Of a stretch of DNA of 64,000 nt, positions 59,862 through 64,000 are shown piece by piece. Below the pieces are notes generated by a model that was not told where the DNA came from, did no database searches, and saw only the letters and a program-made list of their open reading frames with translations. The stretch's first letter is position 1, and every line of letters starts with the position of its first letter. The position numbers were made by a program, and so were the translations under genes. Source of the stretch: Dehalococcoidia bacterium (GTDB taxonomy: Bacteria > Chloroflexota > Dehalococcoidia > Lucifugimonadales > UBA3495); the NCBI GenBank assembly GCA_965226875.1, contig OZ245439.1, positions 488,570 through 552,569 on the forward strand, given 5' to 3'.

Positions 59862-60998
59862 ATGTCCTTTGAAGTCTTCTATTTCACCGAGTTCCCTTAC
59901 CCTGCCTTCCCAGAGTCGGTTGTTGACGACTATCCCTCCATGCGGCTGACGTTTCCCAACACCTACTTCGACCCCAGCACGGCCCACGACCTGTTCAAGC
60001 GTTATCTGGACGAATACCAGTATGCCGAGGAAGTGGGCTTCGACGGGCTGATGATCAATGAGCATCACAACACGCCGTCGTGCATGGACGTGGAGGTCAA
60101 CATCACCGGCGGCATCCTGGCCCGCGTCACCAACCGCGCCAAGATCCTGATGCTGGGCAATATGCTGCCCACCTCCGACAACCCGGTGCGTCTGGCCGAG
60201 GAAATCGCCATGCTGGACGTCATATCCGGCGGTCGCATCATCTCCGGCTTCGTGCGCGGCATTGGCATCGAAAGCTGGGCCAACAACACCAACCCGGTCT
60301 ATAACCGGGAGCGGTTCGAAGAATGCCACGACCTGATAATGAAGACCTGGAGTACGCCGGGGCCGTTCCGCTGGGAAGGCAAGCACTACCACTACCGGGC
60401 CGTCAACCCGTGGATGCTGCCCATCCAGCAGCCACACCCGCCGATATGGGTGCCAGGCACCGGCAGCCCCGAGACGGTCAAGTGGGCCGCCGAGAACCGT
60501 TACACCTACGCCGCCTTCCTGACCAAGATGGAGGTGGCCCGGGATCTGTTCGGCAACTATCGCAAGTTCGCCGCCGAGGACGGCTGGGAGCCGGGGCCGG
60601 AGAAGTTCGCCTTTATGATCTGCGCCCACGTCAACGACACCGACGAGAAGGCGCAGGAGTCGGGCAAGGCGTTCATGTGGCGCATGGGCCACCCGCTCAA
60701 GGGGCCGAAGGAATACTGGGCGCCCCCCGGATACTTCTCTGCCGCCGGAGCCGCCGCCAACGCCCTGCGCCGTCCCAAGCCGCTGAACGAGCTGTCCTAT
60801 CAGGAGTTGCAGGACGAACATCATCTCGTAGTGGGCAGTCCCGACACCGTCATCAAGAAGCTGCGTTACATCAAGGAAGAGCTGGGTATCGGCGCGCTGC
60901 TGCTGGAAGCCCAGGGCGGTCCCCTGTCCCACCAGGACACCATGCGCTCCCTGGAGCTCTTCGGCAAGGAAGTCATCCCCGCACTAAGGGAGGATTAG
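59862..60998 (+). CDS. LLM class flavin-dependent oxidoreductase (paralog of 56353-57570)
   Basis: GFDGLMINEHH, DVISGGRIISGFVRG, QQPHPPIW. Confidence 0.92.
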   Translation: MSFEVFYFTEFPYPAFPESVVDDYPSMRLTFPNTYFDPSTAHDLFKRYLDEYQYAEEVGFDGLMINEHHNTPSCMDVEVNITGGILARVTNRAKILMLGNMLPTSDNPVRLAEEIAMLDVISGGRIISGFVRGIGIESWANNTNPVYNRERFEECHDLIMKTWSTPGPFRWEGKHYHYRAVNPWMLPIQQPHPPIWVPGTGSPETVKWAAENRYTYAAFLTKMEVARDLFGNYRKFAAEDGWEPGPEKFAFMICAHVNDTDEKAQESGKAFMWRMGHPLKGPKEYWAPPGYFSAAGAAANALRRPKPLNELSYQELQDEHHLVVGSPDTVIKKLRYIKEELGIGALLLEAQGGPLSHQDTMRSLELFGKEVIPALRED

Positions 60999-61047
60999 CG
61001 CACTTCCACCCTTTTCGGAAAACAGACGGTTGCCACAGGAGCGGAAA

Positions 61048-62451
61048 ATGGACCAGCACGATATTCCCTTTCTGACCACGGCGGAGTTGTCAGATCTCAT
61101 CAGGAGGAGGGAGGTGTCGCCAGTTGAGGCGACCTCCGCCTACCTTGACCGCATCGACGCCCTCAACTTCAAGTTCAACTCCTACCTGACCGTCTGCCGC
61201 AACGAGGCGATGGCCTCCGCCGAAGAGGCGGAGCAGGCCATCGCCAGGGGCGAGTACCTCGGCCCGATGCACGGAATCCCGGTGGCGGTCAAGGACCAGA
61301 TCTGGACCAAGGGCATCAGGACCACCGTCGGCTCGCGGCTGATGGCCGATTTCTTTCCCGACGAGGACGCCACGGCTATCGCCAATCTGAAGAGGGCCGG
61401 GGCCGTCCTGCTGGGCAAGACCAACCTGACCGAGTTCGCCCTCGGCGCGTCCCAGCGCTACGGCTACAACCGCAACCCGTGGGACCTGGACCGCTTCACC
61501 GGCGGCTCCAGCGGCGGTTCCGGTTCGGCCACTGCCGCCTTCCTGTGCGCCACATCGCTGGGCGAGGACACCGGCGGGTCGATACGGCGGCCAGCGGCCT
61601 GGTGCGGAATCGTCGGACTGCGGCCAAGCTGGGGGCGGGTCAGCCGCTACGGAGTGGCCGCCGGTTCCTGGTCAATGGACCAGGTCGGCCCCATCTCACG
61701 GACGGTGGAGGACGCTGCCATTACCCTGGGAGCCATCGCTGGCCACGACCCCAAGGACTCCTACACTTGGGACGCGCCAGTCCCGGACTACCGCGAGGCC
61801 TTGGGCGGAGGACTTGCCGGCCTGCGGGTGGGTGCGATCAGGGAGCTGATCGAAAGCGACATCGTTGACCCCGAAGTGCGCGAGGGGATTATCGCCGCGG
61901 GCGCGGTGCTGGAAGAGCTTGGCGCGACGGTGGAGGATGTTTCGTTGCCCCTCACCGTCCACGGCGGAACGCTGGCCGCGGCCCTCATCAACACGGAAGC
62001 GTCGGTGACCTATCGCGACTGGATCCGTGAGCGGCTCCACGAATTCGGCCACTCCAATCAGGTGGGACTGCTCACCGGAAGCATCATGCCAGCCCAAGCC
62101 TACTACAAGGTTCAGAAACTGCGGGAGTTGGTGCGCCGGGAAGTGCTTGGAGCCTTGGCCGACTACGACGTGCTGATCCTGCCCACATCCAAGAGCTGCG
62201 CCCCGCTGGTGGGTCAAGACCCCGTCATCACGTCCAAGGAAATGGCCCGCGACCTGCCGCCGGTAATGACCCGGCCCTTCAACCTCGCTGGCGCGCCCGC
62301 CATCTCCATCAACTGCGGCTTCAACTCCGAAGGACTGCCCATCGGCCTGCAAATCGGCGGCCGCCCATTCGACGAGTCAACGGTGCTGAAGGTGGCCCAC
62401 GCCTACGAGCAGCACACCCCCTGGCACACCATGCGCCCGCCCCATGCGTGA
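61048..62451 (+). CDS. Amidase signature family (GatA-like)
   Basis: GIPVAVKD, GKTN, GGSSGGS, DTGGSIR. Confidence 0.92.
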   Translation: MDQHDIPFLTTAELSDLIRRREVSPVEATSAYLDRIDALNFKFNSYLTVCRNEAMASAEEAEQAIARGEYLGPMHGIPVAVKDQIWTKGIRTTVGSRLMADFFPDEDATAIANLKRAGAVLLGKTNLTEFALGASQRYGYNRNPWDLDRFTGGSSGGSGSATAAFLCATSLGEDTGGSIRRPAAWCGIVGLRPSWGRVSRYGVAAGSWSMDQVGPISRTVEDAAITLGAIAGHDPKDSYTWDAPVPDYREALGGGLAGLRVGAIRELIESDIVDPEVREGIIAAGAVLEELGATVEDVSLPLTVHGGTLAAALINTEASVTYRDWIRERLHEFGHSNQVGLLTGSIMPAQAYYKVQKLRELVRREVLGALADYDVLILPTSKSCAPLVGQDPVITSKEMARDLPPVMTRPFNLAGAPAISINCGFNSEGLPIGLQIGGRPFDESTVLKVAHAYEQHTPWHTMRPPHA

Positions 62452-62463
62452 GGAGACTTTCGC

Positions 62464-63021
62464 TCAGGAGTCATGGTCCCACAGGCTTGCGACACCGTTC
62501 AAGAAGACTGCGAAGCTGCGGGAGCGGTTACCCTCGCGGGTCATGCGTTCTGCCATCCTGCGGGCGCCGTCAGTTTTCTGGAAGCTGGGGATAAGTTTCC
62601 GAATATCGTCCGAAGGATTAGCCCGCAATTCCGGGTTACGGTAGCGCGCCTGCCTCCCGATATTCCGAAGTCGCTCATCACCAAAGGCAGCGGCCAACGC
62701 AGGGGGTTCGCTCAAATACCACGTCTCCAGTTCCAGGCACACTATTCTGATCAGTGTGTCTTCACGTTTACCCTGTCGGCAAAGCTGTCTAAGCCTGTCC
62801 TTCAATGCGAGACAATCAGCGCTGTCGTTATCGCGCACAACGACGAACCTGACTCCAGGCTCCTTCCAATCTCGTAGAATCTGAGGAATATTGCTCTCCA
62901 AGTCATTCTTACCGCCGTGCGGCACACAGTGAAAGTGCAAGTCTGGGAAAATGCGAGGCAGAAGACCATCCAACAGATTTCGCATGGAAGGTTCCTCAAG
63001 AAGGAAAATCACTCTGCCCAA
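62464..63021 (-). CDS. DUF4276 family (TOPRIM-like) protein
   Basis: FLLEEPS, HGGKNDL, VRDND, ELETWYL, NRSRSF. Confidence 0.82.
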   Translation of the reverse strand: MGRVIFLLEEPSMRNLLDGLLPRIFPDLHFHCVPHGGKNDLESNIPQILRDWKEPGVRFVVVRDNDSADCLALKDRLRQLCRQGKREDTLIRIVCLELETWYLSEPPALAAAFGDERLRNIGRQARYRNPELRANPSDDIRKLIPSFQKTDGARRMAERMTREGNRSRSFAVFLNGVASLWDHDS

Positions 63022-64000
63022 GTTAGTCCTGCCCCCTCAAAGAGGTTATGACTCCACAAATATCCAGGCAATGAACTAGCTGAAAGCCTTCGCAAGAGTT
63101 CGCTGTCTGAAGCTCGTTTGATAGTGCTAAAACCGTTCTGTTTGACCAACCAATAGATTTCGTTAAGTTCAGTGCCGTTCAGGAAATCAGGAGAATGCGT
63201 CGATACAAACACCTGTCCCCCTCGCTGTGCATACGCCCGGAACTCTTCGGCCAATTCCTGCAAAAGTTCGGGATACAGTTGGTTCTCCGGCTCTTCGATG
63301 GCGAGCAGAGGGTGAGGCTTGGCATCGTAGAGCAACACCAAATACGCAAACATTTTTATGGTGCCGTCGGACACGTATCGGGCGATGAATGGATCTTTGA
63401 AACTCCCATCCTGAAACCGCAGTACCAATCTTCCATCGTCCGTGGGCCTTGCTTCTACACCAGTTACTCCTGGAACGTGACGGCTCATCGCCTCCAAAAC
63501 CTGCTCGAAACGGTCTTTGTGATTTTCGAAAAGAAACTGAGCAACTTGTGCGACATTGTCTCCGCGAGTTGACAGATGCTCGGCATAACCTGCTTCTGAA
63601 CTGGGGCGGGCGTCGGCGATGTGAAAATCCGAAATGTACCAATTCTCAATCAGGCTACGAAATTCTGAGACGACGCGAAACTCGCGAAATTGGCCTAGAC
63701 CCTTAATCGCGAGGATGCTTGGATCGTCCAGAACGTATTCGGCGCGTACTTCTTCAGCGTCTTTCTGACCATAAGCCGATTCGTTGGTAATTGCGGTTCC
63801 CATGCCTTTGCTAAAGTCCACAAATCGCCAGGGCTGGCCGCGCTGCCCTCGGCGATAACGCAACACCTCCCGCTCTACCACCGCCCTTCCGCTTTCGGAG
63901 CCAACCACCAATTGATAGGTGACTAACCGCCCGCCACTTTCGCGGAACTTGATGGTGAGTTCGATTGGTCCGGTGGTGTCGCGGCTGACCAGTTCGTGGA
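63009..64000 (-). CDS. ABC-type AAA ATPase (AAA_21-like), 5' end outside the window
   Basis: SDGT signature, IEEPENQLYP Walker B, STHSP; frame open to the window edge. Confidence 0.88.
   Translation of the reverse strand, partial: HELVSRDTTGPIELTIKFRESGGRLVTYQLVVGSESGRAVVEREVLRYRRGQRGQPWRFVDFSKGMGTAITNESAYGQKDAEEVRAEYVLDDPSILAIKGLGQFREFRVVSEFRSLIENWYISDFHIADARPSSEAGYAEHLSTRGDNVAQVAQFLFENHKDRFEQVLEAMSRHVPGVTGVEARPTDDGRLVLRFQDGSFKDPFIARYVSDGTIKMFAYLVLLYDAKPHPLLAIEEPENQLYPELLQELAEEFRAYAQRGGQVFVSTHSPDFLNGTELNEIYWLVKQNGFSTIKRASDSELLRRLSASSLPGYLWSHNLFEGAGLTWAE

Noticed and set aside
61048-62451. Calling the amidase gatA
   Set aside because: No gatB/gatC neighbours and a divergent C-terminal half; a generic amidase call is safer.

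Overview
High-GC bacterial chromosomal window. The gene content (three LLM oxidoreductases, three NHL-repeat proteins, an amidase, a CocE hydrolase, a MetE-like protein, a CoxL-like protein and a DUF1800/DUF1501 pair) suggests SAR202/Dehalococcoidia Chloroflexota; this is an inference. It holds about 55 CDSs (including queA, folD, serA, ctaA/ctaB, cynS and mce), two tRNA-Gly genes and a cobalamin riboswitch with no normal target gene. No transposase, integrase or CRISPR array was seen. The most unusual signals are non-coding. Four MITE-like elements with different terminal inverted repeats are present, and three of them carry the same REP-like palindrome. One forms a ~735-bp composite cassette with a 10-11 bp target duplication that carries a LexA-box/sigma70 promoter and a truncated repeat+HTH ORF. 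REP-like units are inserted in frame into queA and ctaA, and several short tandem duplications sit at stop codons. Notable proteins are a 22-aa/88-aa hierarchical repeat protein, a Tag glycosylase lacking canonical residues, and an ABC-ATPase + DUF4276 pair at the right edge. All family calls are from motif recognition by eye, not database searches.
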